The position numbers and the translations under genes are program-made. The notes below the pieces were generated by a model that saw only the letters and a list, made by a program, of their open reading frames with translations, ran no database searches and had not been told where the DNA came from. Shown one piece after another: positions 1 to 9,377 of a stretch of DNA of 64,000 nucleotides. Position 1 is the stretch's first letter. The number at the start of each line of letters is the position of its first letter. This DNA comes from an uncultured Gemmatimonadales bacterium (GTDB lineage Bacteria; Gemmatimonadota; Gemmatimonadetes; Gemmatimonadales; GWC2-71-9), in the NCBI GenBank assembly GCA_963779755.1, contig CAVZZO010000001.1, positions 96,001 through 160,000 on the forward strand, given 5' to 3'.

Positions 1-352
1 CGCCGGAGGCTCCGCCCGGAAGGCCGTAAGTGTGCTGGAACAGGATCGCGCGCGTTCCGCTGGTGCACGCCTCCCGGGCCGCTGCGGGGCTCAGGTTGAG
101 CGTCCCGGGGTCAATATCCGCCCACCGCGGGCGCACTCCCCGGCTGAGCAGAGCGAGCGGCACGACCTGGCAGGTGAGGGGCGAGAGGACCACCTCATCA
201 CCGGCACCGATATTGAGCACCTCGAGCAGGGCAGCCAGGGCATGGCGGGCATAGCCGAAGGCTACGGCATGGACCGCACCGACTCGCTCTGCCATCCCCG
301 ATTCATGCCGGGATTCCGCCCCTCCCGGCACTCGGGCCCCCGGTGCACTCAT
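1..352 (-). CDS. DegT/DnrJ/EryC1/StrS family PLP aminotransferase, N-terminal part (runs off the window start)
   Basis: Not in the ORF track. Manual translation from ATG 352 (ATGA overlap with the upstream stop) gives ...HAVAFGYARHALAALLEVLNIGAGDEVVLSPLTCQVVPLALLSRGVRPRWADIDPGTLNLSP...TRAILFQHTYG, a typical DegT N-terminus. Confidence 0.85.
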   Translation of the reverse strand, partial: MSAPGARVPGGAESRHESGMAERVGAVHAVAFGYARHALAALLEVLNIGAGDEVVLSPLTCQVVPLALLSRGVRPRWADIDPGTLNLSPAAAREACTSGTRAILFQHTYGLPGGASG

Positions 353-1371
353 CCTGCGTCGCCCTTCCGTCCTGGGGCCCGGCCTGGACTTGAGCGGAAC
401 CCGTAGACCAGCGCACCGACGGCCGCGGCGGGGAGCATCCCCACTCGCCACGCCAGCAGCAGCCTGGCGCCTCCCTGAAAGCCGGCCAGCCGGAATAAGC
501 CGGCGAAGACCGCCTCCCCCACACCCAGACCGCCGGGGGTCAGGGGTATCCAGTTGGCGACCAGGCCGAGGAGAGCGAGAAATGGGGTCAGCAGCGGCGG
601 GGAGCCGGGGACCAGAACGGTACCGGCGGCGGCAAATGCCAGAGCCAGCGCTATCTGACCAACGCAGGAGAGCAGGAGCGCCTGCAGGACCGCACGCCGG
701 TGGTGTCGCAGCGCGTGCAGCGCATCGAGGCCTCGCGCCAGCACCCGGTGAAACGGTGCGCGGGTAACAAGCCAGCGATACAGTGGGACGGCTCGAATGG
801 ACGATGACCATGCCACGGCCGTCACCGCCAGGAGGAGCAGGATGCCGCCGAAGGCTGCTGCCCCCAGCACGGCAACGGGCCCCGGCTGGGTGAGCTGCCG
901 CCAGTGGACCACTCCCAGGGCCAGCACCAGCAGCAGCATCGAGAACAACCCGATCGCCCGGTCCACCAGGACCAGCGCGGCCAGCTCCACGCCACGCGAG
1001 CGGTTATGCTGTGCCAGGTAATACAGCTTGACCAGGTCTCCGCCGGTCCCGCCGGGGACACAGAGACTGAAGAACACGCTCATGACGACCAGGGAGAGGC
1101 TGGCACGGAACTCCAGCACCAGGTCCTGGGACCGAACCAGCAGGCATAGTCGCTTCGCCTCCACCGCGACACCGATCACGGTGAAGGCGACGAAACCGGG
1201 CAGCAGCCAGGGGGTGGAGAAGAACATCGTCACGCTGCGCCACCCTCCGGTCCGGCTCAGCACATAGGCCAGCAGGCCGAAGCCCAGCAGGATCCGGAGG
1301 GTCATCCAGGCCCAGCCCCAGCGGCGGTGTCGGCCGGGCCCCGCGGCAGCGGGCGACTCGATCGTCGTCAT
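349..1371 (-). CDS. Lysylphosphatidylglycerol synthase TM-domain (flippase-like) membrane protein
   Basis: Multi-TM protein with PGGTGGDLVK, LVDRAIGL and IPLTPGGLGVGE motifs; lies in a glycan operon. Confidence 0.85.
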   Translation of the reverse strand: MTTIESPAAAGPGRHRRWGWAWMTLRILLGFGLLAYVLSRTGGWRSVTMFFSTPWLLPGFVAFTVIGVAVEAKRLCLLVRSQDLVLEFRASLSLVVMSVFFSLCVPGGTGGDLVKLYYLAQHNRSRGVELAALVLVDRAIGLFSMLLLVLALGVVHWRQLTQPGPVAVLGAAAFGGILLLLAVTAVAWSSSIRAVPLYRWLVTRAPFHRVLARGLDALHALRHHRRAVLQALLLSCVGQIALALAFAAAGTVLVPGSPPLLTPFLALLGLVANWIPLTPGGLGVGEAVFAGLFRLAGFQGGARLLLAWRVGMLPAAAVGALVYGFRSSPGRAPGRKGDAG

Positions 1372-1374
1372 CGC

Positions 1375-2784
1375 CTAGAGCCGGAGTTCCGGGCGAAGGC
1401 CCGGCCGGAAGCGGAGCCCGCCGACCAGCAGCAGGGTCGTCCCGTACACGGCCATACCCACCGGGACCAGCAGAAGAACCGAGGCAGGCCGGAGGCTCAG
1501 GAGAACCGCTGCCATGACGCCGCTGGAGACCGCCACCCGCCAGAAGCGGATGGGACCCGGACCGGGGTACCCCACTCTGCCGGCAAGCAGCAGCATCCCG
1601 GCGGTGCGCACCGCTTCCGTGGCCAGGGTAGCGGCGGCCGCCCCCAGCATACCCCAGCGCGGGACCATGGCGAAATTGAGGCCGAGATTGAACAACGCCG
1701 CCGCCAGGGTAACCCGGAACACCCATTCCTGTCGGCCTGCGACGATGAGAGCCGTCTGCGGGACGTTCCGGAAGAATGCGACGGGAATAGACCAGAGCAG
1801 GATGATCAGTGCCGTTCCGGCGGCCAGATACTGGGACCCGAACACCAGGCCAAGCAGCCCCCCGGCCAACAGCGTGCCGCCCACCGCGACCGGCAGGGCG
1901 CCGGCGAACACCTGAACCAGGGCAGAGTGATAGAGGCGGCCGCGCTCTTCCGGCGTGGGATGCAGACGGGTCAGGGTGGGAAGCAGGCTTTGCCCGTAGG
2001 TGACCCCCAGATTGAGCAGAAAGCTGATCAGCGTATACGCTGCGGCGTACTGGCCCACTTCCCGGGCAGAGCGGAAGACCCGCAGAAAGATCAGGTCGGA
2101 GTTATAGATGACCAGGCCGACTACGGCATTCCCGGCCAGCCACACCGCCGGCCGCACCACCCGGGCCGCTTCCCGCGGTGCCCAGCGGAGCCGGAGGCGA
2201 TAGCCGGCCCGGGCCAGTCCCCAGGCCAGCAACAGAGCCCCCGCCATATCGCCCGAGAACTGCGCCAGCGGGACCCGCCCGAGGTCGCCGGGTCCGCGCA
2301 AGAGCGCCAGCACCAGGAGCAGCATGGTGGCTTCTCCCACGGCCCGTGCCAGGGCGGCGTAGCCGGCCTGCTCCAGACCGAGGTGGACCCAGCGGGTATT
2401 TCCTCCGACGGCCAGCAGGGTGAGGGAGTAGACGGCGAGAATGGCACCGTCGGGCTGGGGCATGAATCCCAGCCCGACGGTGATGCACACCAGGGCGAGC
2501 GCCGCGCCGAAAGCCAGACGCAGTGCCAGGATGGGGGGCACGAACCGGTCGACGGTTTCCGGGTGCGCCGCGACCTCCCGGACCCCCAAGACCTCGACCC
2601 CGCAATCCGCCAGGTAGTTGAGGTAGAGCAGCACCGCCACGGCCACCGCGACGACGCCGTATCCCCCCGCCCCCAGCAGGCGGGCCAGCACGATGGTGGC
2701 CCCAAAGGAGATCAGGCGCGCCGCGACTTCACCCCCGCCCAGCGTGGCGAAATTCCGCGCAACCGCCGAATCAGCGCGGGAAAT
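1375..2784 (-). CDS. Wzx-type oligosaccharide flippase (start uncertain)
   Basis: Many TM segments, LARLLG..GYG N-terminal motif, NLGLNFAMVPRWGMLGAAAAT C-terminal motif. The frame stays open upstream of GTG 2691 to an ATT at 2784. Confidence 0.85.
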   Translation of the reverse strand: MSRADSAVARNFATLGGGEVAARLISFGATIVLARLLGAGGYGVVAVAVAVLLYLNYLADCGVEVLGVREVAAHPETVDRFVPPILALRLAFGAALALVCITVGLGFMPQPDGAILAVYSLTLLAVGGNTRWVHLGLEQAGYAALARAVGEATMLLLVLALLRGPGDLGRVPLAQFSGDMAGALLLAWGLARAGYRLRLRWAPREAARVVRPAVWLAGNAVVGLVIYNSDLIFLRVFRSAREVGQYAAAYTLISFLLNLGVTYGQSLLPTLTRLHPTPEERGRLYHSALVQVFAGALPVAVGGTLLAGGLLGLVFGSQYLAAGTALIILLWSIPVAFFRNVPQTALIVAGRQEWVFRVTLAAALFNLGLNFAMVPRWGMLGAAAATLATEAVRTAGMLLLAGRVGYPGPGPIRFWRVAVSSGVMAAVLLSLRPASVLLLVPVGMAVYGTTLLLVGGLRFRPGLRPELRL

Positions 2785-3673
2785 AGATCACCCAGAAGCA
2801 GTAGAGAAACCAGAGCACCACCGACCCAAGCAGCGAGCGGTCCGCAAACAGCACTTCGTTGGGATTGCCTGCGTCGCGCTGATGGACCAGATAGAGGTAC
2901 CGGAAGACGCCGTACAGCACGAAGACGGTGCTGTAGGTCAGCCGATATCCCGTCTCAGCCACTTTTTCCGGTGAAAGCGTGTACATGATGTAGGCGACGA
3001 TCGTCACCGACAGAAGCACGCCGGACATCTGATCGAGGAAGGCGGGACTGTAATGCGCCAGTACGCTCCGATGCTGCGCCGAATCGGCGCCCAGGAGCTG
3101 CAGCTCATGCCGCCGCTTGGCGAAACCGAGGTACAGCGCCAGGAGGCCGCCGCAGAGGAGCAGCCAGATGGAAGGAACGACATCGATCGCGCGCGAGCCC
3201 GCGAGCAGCCGCAGAATGAAGAACCCGGCGATACAGAAGACGTCCAGCACCACCACGTGTTTGAGCCGGAAGGAATACAGAACATTCAGCACCAGGTAGC
3301 TGGCACCGATTGCCGCCACATCCAGTCCCAAAGCCACGCTGACCGCGAGACCGGCCCCCGCCAGCCCGGCACCGAACCAGGCGGCGGCCCGGACGCTGAG
3401 ACGGCCGGATGCCACCGGCCGGAGGCGCTTGAGCGGATGCTGCCGGTCCGCCTCCCGGTCCAACACGTCGTTCCAGGTATAGACGGCGCTGGCCAGCAGA
3501 CAGAAGCCCAGAAAGGCTACAGCAGCGCGCAGGTCGGCACTGCGCAGCAGGAAGCGCCCGGAGAAGAGAAGCGGCGTCAGGACGAAGGCGTTCTTCACCC
3601 ACTGCCGGGGCCGCATCAGCCGGACCCAGTCACCCGGGGAGGCGTGCGTTACTGAAACGCCGGTCACCGCCAT
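2771..3673 (-). CDS. UbiA family decaprenyl-phosphate phosphoribosyltransferase-like protein
   Basis: MRPRQWVKN, YTWNDVLDREADRQHPLKRLRPVASG and KRRHEL motifs. Confidence 0.9.
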   Translation of the reverse strand: MAVTGVSVTHASPGDWVRLMRPRQWVKNAFVLTPLLFSGRFLLRSADLRAAVAFLGFCLLASAVYTWNDVLDREADRQHPLKRLRPVASGRLSVRAAAWFGAGLAGAGLAVSVALGLDVAAIGASYLVLNVLYSFRLKHVVVLDVFCIAGFFILRLLAGSRAIDVVPSIWLLLCGGLLALYLGFAKRRHELQLLGADSAQHRSVLAHYSPAFLDQMSGVLLSVTIVAYIMYTLSPEKVAETGYRLTYSTVFVLYGVFRYLYLVHQRDAGNPNEVLFADRSLLGSVVLWFLYCFWVIYFPR

Positions 3674-3688
3674 TTCATCCTCATCGGT

Positions 3689-3718
3689 TTGACCTCCACA
3701 TCCCTGCCGCGGTAGACT
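3689..3718 (+). promoter_or_regulatory. Putative sigma70 promoter of the GH30-like lipoprotein gene
   Basis: TTGACC-N18-TAGACT, 30 nt upstream of ATG 3749. Confidence 0.45.
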
Positions 3719-3748
3719 TCAGGCACCACTAAAGAGCAGAGTACTGCA

Positions 3749-5395
3749 ATGGTCTGCATCAAAAATCTGGCACTGCGTTCGTGCCTATTGCCGGTCCTCG
3801 CGCTCGCCGCTTGTGCCGGAAAATCCGACGGTGGCAACGGGCCCCAGGGCGGCACCCTGGCCCGGATCGTTCTGGTTCCGGGCAATCTGAATCTCGCTCC
3901 CGGCAGCCAGCAGTCGATCGTGGCTACCTGTCAGGATGCCCTGGGAGAGCCTTTCCCCTGCCCGAACCTCACCTGGGTCGTCACCGGCGGAACGCGCTCA
4001 GCATCCAGCTCGGCGGTCGATACGGCGGGCGTCTACGAGGCCGGACAGACCACGGGCACCTACAGCATCAAGGCCACGGCGGACACGCTCTCTGGCAGCG
4101 CGGCGGTAGTGATTGCCACCCCGGGCACCGGCGCCGCGGCCAATGTCACGCTGGATCCAAACCAGACTTTCCAGACGATCCATGGATGGGAAGCGACCCT
4201 CGCCAGCGATGCCGAGCAGTTGCTGGCTCCTGCCCGGGCCAAGGTGATCGCGTTCGCGGTCGACAGTCTGGGGCTGACACGCGTCCGCCTTCAGGCCCAG
4301 GGCAACATCATCGAGACCCGCGATTCCACCACTTATCCGCCCGAGAAGCGCCAGGCCACGAACGACAACAATGATCCCAGTGTGACCGATCTGTCACACT
4401 TCTATTTCGGACTGCTGGACAAGCAGGTGACGGACTGGGTCCTGCCCATCAGGGCCCGGGTGGAGAGTCACGGCGAGCCCTTCCTTCTGAACGTGTGTTA
4501 TGTCGGCTTCCAGCCCAGCACCCAGTTCCAGCAGAAGGATCCGGCAGAATATATCGAGTTCATGCTGACCGTCCTGCGGCACCTCAAGAACAGATTTGGC
4601 CTGGAACCCGACACCTGGGAGATCCGCCTCGAGCCCGATAACGGTTCCGGCGTTGGGCTGGTTCCGGCAGATCTGGCAGCGATCGTGGCTGCAGCGGGCC
4701 CCGCGGCCCGGGCCGCCGGCTTCAACAAGGTGAAATTCTCCGTGCCTTCAGTCGCTCGGCCGTCGCAGGCGCTGACCTGGCTCAATCCCATTCTCGCGAC
4801 ACCCGGGAATCTCCAGTACCTGAGCGAGGTGATCTACCACCGTTACGAATCGGGCATCACGACCGCCGAACTGAATGCCATTCGGACCGCCGCCGAGAAC
4901 AACGGGCTCACCACCGGCATGCTGGAACACATCGGCGCCGACTACAACGAGCTGCACCAGGACCTCAAGGTCGCCGACAACTCGGTCTGGGCACAGTACG
5001 TTCTCCAAGGTCCCTACGGCACGGACGACGGCGGCAAGCTGCTCAGATCCGACACCGTTGCCCAGACCTTCACCGTCGGCTCCCGCACGGGCGCCATTGC
5101 CCAGTATTGGCACTTCGTCCGGCCTGGGGCGGTCCGGATCGGAGCGACCTCCACTGCAACCGCCATCGATCCGCTGGCGTTCAAGCGGCCCGACGGCAAA
5201 TTCGTGGTAGTGGCCAGAACCACGGGGTCGGCGACCCTGACTGTCGGCGGCCTGGCCGCCGGGAGTTATCTCGTCACCTACACCACGTCCGCAGTCCGGA
5301 ACCACGTGGCGGGGGTCGTATCGGTAAGCGGCGGCCTCAACCTCCCAGCGTCCATACCGGCAGCCGGCGTGATCACCATCTCCCCCTATCCCTGA
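3749..5395 (+). CDS. Lipoprotein with an Ig-like domain and a GH30-like (clan GH-A) glycoside hydrolase domain
   Basis: Lipobox LAAC; Ig-like beta segment; QTFQTIHGW; WEIRLEPD; YHRY; MLEH; FVRPGAVRIG and AFKRPDGKFVVV, as in GH30 C-terminal domains. Confidence 0.65.
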   Translation: MVCIKNLALRSCLLPVLALAACAGKSDGGNGPQGGTLARIVLVPGNLNLAPGSQQSIVATCQDALGEPFPCPNLTWVVTGGTRSASSSAVDTAGVYEAGQTTGTYSIKATADTLSGSAAVVIATPGTGAAANVTLDPNQTFQTIHGWEATLASDAEQLLAPARAKVIAFAVDSLGLTRVRLQAQGNIIETRDSTTYPPEKRQATNDNNDPSVTDLSHFYFGLLDKQVTDWVLPIRARVESHGEPFLLNVCYVGFQPSTQFQQKDPAEYIEFMLTVLRHLKNRFGLEPDTWEIRLEPDNGSGVGLVPADLAAIVAAAGPAARAAGFNKVKFSVPSVARPSQALTWLNPILATPGNLQYLSEVIYHRYESGITTAELNAIRTAAENNGLTTGMLEHIGADYNELHQDLKVADNSVWAQYVLQGPYGTDDGGKLLRSDTVAQTFTVGSRTGAIAQYWHFVRPGAVRIGATSTATAIDPLAFKRPDGKFVVVARTTGSATLTVGGLAAGSYLVTYTTSAVRNHVAGVVSVSGGLNLPASIPAAGVITISPYP

Positions 5396-5451
5396 GGTCG
5401 GCAGACTCCCGCCCAGAGGCAGATCCCGCAGGTTTCAGACCAGGGCGGCGG

Positions 5452-7482
5452 CTACACCGCCGCCCCTTCCGGCTCCCAGGCGGTGATGTACCCCGCCAGC
5501 GCGCTCGCCGCCGTAGTGTAGGGGCTCGCCAGATACAGCTGCCCCGGCCCCGAGCGGCCCGGGAAGTTGCGGTTGATGGCGCTCACCGTCACCGTTTCGC
5601 GGTCGTAGGACACGCCGGGGCCGGCATTGATGCAGGCGCCGCACGAGGGCTCGATGATCTCCGCCCCCACCGCACGGAAGATGTCCACATAGCCCTGGCG
5701 CTCGGCATAGCGCTTCACATCCTGGCTGCCGAACTGGATATAAAATCGTACGCCCCCGTGCACCCGCTCGCCTCGTTCGGCCGCCTCGCGCAACACCCGG
5801 GCGTACATGTCCATGTCTTCCTTCTTGCCTGCCGTACAGCTGCCGGCATAGGCGATATCGACCTTCACCTCGCTGCCCAGCTCGGTAATGAAGAGCCCGT
5901 TGCCCGGATCGCCGGGCAGCGCGATCATCGGCTGCAGCCCCGCGGCATCGATGTCGATCACCGTCTCGTACCCGGCGCCCGGGTCGGATACCAGGCCCTC
6001 CATGGCGCGCCGCACCTCGGACTCGTCGATGCCCCGCTCGCGCACCAGGAATTCCACGTTCTTGTCGTCCGGCTGAATGATGCCGGTAAAAGCGCCCACT
6101 TCCGCCGCCATGTTGGTCATGGTGGCGCGCTCGTCGATAGAGAGCGCCTGCACCGCCTCGCCGGCGTATTCCACGATCTGGCCGATGGCCTGCCCGCTCT
6201 TCACATAGGGGTGGCGCAGGATCTGGAGCATGAAATCCTTGGCCGTCACGTTGGCGGGTTTGCGCCCGTTGACCCGGATGAGCACCGAGCGCGGAACGGT
6301 GATCCGCACGTCCCGGGTGAGCCAGGAGTTGAAGATGGCCGTGGTCCCCACGCCGAACGCGAACGCGCCCATGGCGCCGCTGTGCGGTGTATGGCTGTCG
6401 CTGCCGATGATGACCTGCCCCGGCAGCGCGTGTTGCTCCAGCATCTTCGAGTGGCAGATGGCCTCGCTGCCGGTGGCCAGCATGTTGGGCCCCAGGCGGG
6501 GCAGCTCGCCGTAGAGCCTGATGCCCTGCTCGGCGGCGAATTCTTCCTGCTTCTTCTTGAGCTCGAGCGCGACATCGAGCAGGCCCTCGGCCTTGCGCGC
6601 ATCCGTCATGGCCAGCTCGAGGAACGTCAGATGGTCGCGGAAGAAGAAAATCGAGGCGGGATCCACGACCTTCTCGTGCTCGCCCACATGATCGCGCCAG
6701 AAAATGGCGGACATGGGGGTCACATACTCGTGGCTGAAGCGGATGTCGGTGCGGATGAAGCCCTCGTCGCCGGGTTTGACCGCCGGCACGCCGACTTTTT
6801 CTTCCGCCAGGCTGGTAACCCAATGGCGCGCGATGATCTTCTCCGCCAGGGTCATGGGCCGCGCAGGCGTGCCGGGCAGGGGCACCCGGATCTTCCCCTG
6901 CAGGCGGGCCACATTGTACTGGAACAGGCCGCCGTGCTCGATGATGCCCCGGGTGATTTCGCCTTCGCCGCGGGTGAAGGTGTCGAGCGGAATGTCCTCC
7001 CCCGCCCGGATCCGGTCGATCAGGGAAAAATCGGTGCTGGTGAAGATGCCCAGGTTCTGGCAGTTCTCCCGGTAGATCCGCTCGATATTCTCGGCGATCA
7101 CCAGGCGGATCCCCGCCATCATCTCCGCATAGGGCGATTGCTCGCGGCTCGACCCCTTGCCCCGCCGCTTGCCGCTGACCGACACCGCGAAGCCGCCCTG
7201 CCTGACCGAGCCGCGGGTGATGGGAAACTCGTCGCCCGCCTTGAGGCCCAGATAGGGGAATTCGCCCAGCGTCTCGTCGTAGTAGTAGCAGATGTAGGCG
7301 GGAGTGATCTCGTCCGTGCTGATGTTGTCGCGCAGCTTCATCGCCGGATCGCGGGGCAGGTCTTCACCCGCCAGCTGGCGGCGAAGCAACTCCGGATCCT
7401 CGGTGAGAAACAGCACCCGGCCCTCGAACCGGAGCCGGTCGGGAAGTCGGGGCGTTGGTCTGGTCTTGAGGCTGTCCGGCAT
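5452..7482 (-). CDS. Aconitase/isopropylmalate dehydratase family protein, small (swivel) subunit fused in front of the large subunit
   Basis: N-terminal DNISTDEITP and GSSRE swivel motifs, then DSHT, NMAAEVGA, GSCT, CGAC and NRNFPGR. ATG 7482 follows GAGGGAG. Confidence 0.85.
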   Translation of the reverse strand: MPDSLKTRPTPRLPDRLRFEGRVLFLTEDPELLRRQLAGEDLPRDPAMKLRDNISTDEITPAYICYYYDETLGEFPYLGLKAGDEFPITRGSVRQGGFAVSVSGKRRGKGSSREQSPYAEMMAGIRLVIAENIERIYRENCQNLGIFTSTDFSLIDRIRAGEDIPLDTFTRGEGEITRGIIEHGGLFQYNVARLQGKIRVPLPGTPARPMTLAEKIIARHWVTSLAEEKVGVPAVKPGDEGFIRTDIRFSHEYVTPMSAIFWRDHVGEHEKVVDPASIFFFRDHLTFLELAMTDARKAEGLLDVALELKKKQEEFAAEQGIRLYGELPRLGPNMLATGSEAICHSKMLEQHALPGQVIIGSDSHTPHSGAMGAFAFGVGTTAIFNSWLTRDVRITVPRSVLIRVNGRKPANVTAKDFMLQILRHPYVKSGQAIGQIVEYAGEAVQALSIDERATMTNMAAEVGAFTGIIQPDDKNVEFLVRERGIDESEVRRAMEGLVSDPGAGYETVIDIDAAGLQPMIALPGDPGNGLFITELGSEVKVDIAYAGSCTAGKKEDMDMYARVLREAAERGERVHGGVRFYIQFGSQDVKRYAERQGYVDIFRAVGAEIIEPSCGACINAGPGVSYDRETVTVSAINRNFPGRSGPGQLYLASPYTTAASALAGYITAWEPEGAAV

Positions 7483-7574
7483 GGCTCCCTCGCTCCTGGA
7501 TTTCGAATAATGGACGGGAAGGCGCGCGAGGGGCAAGCATTGGTGCGCCCACCGCCTCCCGCTAGCATTCCACC

Positions 7575-8450
7575 ATGCTGCGTGCCATTCCGCTTACGCT
7601 CGCCGGCCTGCTTCCGTCCCTGCTGGCCGCCCAGACCAGCGCGCCCGCCCGCCAGACCGGCACCTTCCAGGATCCCCGCCTGACCGAGAGCTCGGCCGCC
7701 GTGGCGGGGAGCCGGCCCGGCACCTTCTGGACGCTGAACGACAGCGGCAATGATCCCATCATCTACCTGAGCGACACCACTGGGGCCGCGCTGGGCGCGT
7801 GGCGGGTGACCGGCGCCGGCAATACCGACTGGGAGGCCCTGGGAGCCGGCCGCTGTGGTCCCCGGCGCTGTCTCTATATCGGCGACACGGGCGACAACCG
7901 GGAACGGCGGAGCACGGTGCGGATCTATCGGGTCCCCGAGCCCTCCGGGGGGCCGGCTGGCCGCACCGGCCGGACCGCGCGAGCCGACAGCCTCCGATTC
8001 CGCTATGCCGACGGCCCGCACGATGTCGAAGCCCTGGCGGTTCCGGCGCCCGATACCATCCTGCTCATCACCAAGGGCCGGAGCGGGGGTGTGTGGCTCT
8101 TTCGCCTGACGGGCTTCCACTGGAACGGCAGGGCAGCGGCCGTGGCACAGCCGGTGGAGCAGCTGCCCATCGCCGGCGGCCCGGGCTACGTCAACCAGGT
8201 GACCGATGCGTCGCTGGATTCCACCGGCACCCGCCTGGCGGTGCGGACCTACGGCTACCTCTACTTCTTTATACGGGGGACGCAGGGCCTCCAGCCCGAC
8301 CCGGCCCACCCGGTCTGCGACATCCGCGGGCTGGAGCCGCAGGGCGAAGGCCTCGCCTGGTGGCACCCCGGCAACCGGCTGCTGCTCACCAGTGAACAGG
8401 CAGGCCCCCTGGGCCGGACGATCTATCTCGTGTCCTGCTCCGCGCCATGA
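7575..8450 (+). CDS. Secreted hypothetical protein, probably beta-propeller
   Basis: Signal peptide; WTLNDSGN, DWEAL, LYIGDTGDN, HDVEALAV and QGEGL motifs. Confidence 0.7.
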   Translation: MLRAIPLTLAGLLPSLLAAQTSAPARQTGTFQDPRLTESSAAVAGSRPGTFWTLNDSGNDPIIYLSDTTGAALGAWRVTGAGNTDWEALGAGRCGPRRCLYIGDTGDNRERRSTVRIYRVPEPSGGPAGRTGRTARADSLRFRYADGPHDVEALAVPAPDTILLITKGRSGGVWLFRLTGFHWNGRAAAVAQPVEQLPIAGGPGYVNQVTDASLDSTGTRLAVRTYGYLYFFIRGTQGLQPDPAHPVCDIRGLEPQGEGLAWWHPGNRLLLTSEQAGPLGRTIYLVSCSAP

Positions 8451-9361
8451 TGCGTACCCGACGCCAGACCCTGGTGCTGCTGGGCCTGGGCATGCTGGTC
8501 CTGTTGCTGCTGGACCGTCCCCACCTCCACGAGCCCGCCCATGAGGCATCCTGGCTCCGGGCGGGAGACTCCTGGGTGCGCACCATCCAGGGCGGCTGGA
8601 GCGAGCATCCAACCGTCGTGCTGCTGCACGGCTACGGCGAGAGCCTGGTGGCCTGGCGCGGCGTGTTCGACCAGCTCACCGGCCGCTATCATGTCGTGGC
8701 GCTCGACCTCCCGGGGTCGGGAGAGAGCGAAAAGCCGGACTCGGGCTATTCCCTGCCGGACATGACCGGCCGGCTGAAAGACTTTCTCACCCGCAATACC
8801 GAAGGGCCGCTCTTCCTGGTGGGACACTCGATGGGCGGGGAGCTGGCCGCGTCGCTGGCCCTGGCCATGCCACGCCGGGTGCGCGCGCTGGTGCTGATCG
8901 CCCCCGCCGGGTACGATCTGGCGGGAGGGCTGGCCGACGGCGGCGTCAGTCCCGCACAGCAGACCTTGGCGGGGTGGGCCCTGACCGCGCGATCGCATCT
9001 CATCCCCGACCGCGATCCCGCGTGGGTGCGCGATCCGGCTGAAATCAGCGAGCGCGACCGCTCCGACACGGCCTATCGGCGGGCCATGGAAGCGACGCTG
9101 CGCGAATTCGATTTCCGGGCATTGCGCGGCCGGCTGGCGGAGATCCGGCAGCCGACTCTGCTCATCTGGGGCCGGCTGGATCCGCTCATTCCCTACCGGG
9201 TGGGCGGCGAGATCCGGCGGCAGATTCCCTGCGCCGGGATGGTCACCCTCGACAACGCCTGGCACCGCCCGCACGTGGAGCAGCCGGACGAGGTCGCGGC
9301 CGCCGTGCTGCGCTTTCTCCGGGCACCGCGCCGCGTCTGCACTCACGCCAATCCATCCTGA
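8447..9361 (+). CDS. Alpha/beta fold hydrolase with N-terminal membrane anchor
   Basis: LLHGYG, DLPGSGES, GHSMGG nucleophile elbow, WGRLD, H-x-P-H-x-E-Q-P. Confidence 0.9.
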   Translation: MMRTRRQTLVLLGLGMLVLLLLDRPHLHEPAHEASWLRAGDSWVRTIQGGWSEHPTVVLLHGYGESLVAWRGVFDQLTGRYHVVALDLPGSGESEKPDSGYSLPDMTGRLKDFLTRNTEGPLFLVGHSMGGELAASLALAMPRRVRALVLIAPAGYDLAGGLADGGVSPAQQTLAGWALTARSHLIPDRDPAWVRDPAEISERDRSDTAYRRAMEATLREFDFRALRGRLAEIRQPTLLIWGRLDPLIPYRVGGEIRRQIPCAGMVTLDNAWHRPHVEQPDEVAAAVLRFLRAPRRVCTHANPS

Positions 9362-9377
9362 ACCCGAGGTACCCGAT

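Noticed and set aside
5107..7683. 858-aa plus-strand ORF, and similar long ORFs at 15908-18478, 21260-23191, 23037-25199, 49133-50743 and 52464-55577
   Set aside because: Antisense shadows of well-supported genes, expected at this GC content; no recognisable motifs.
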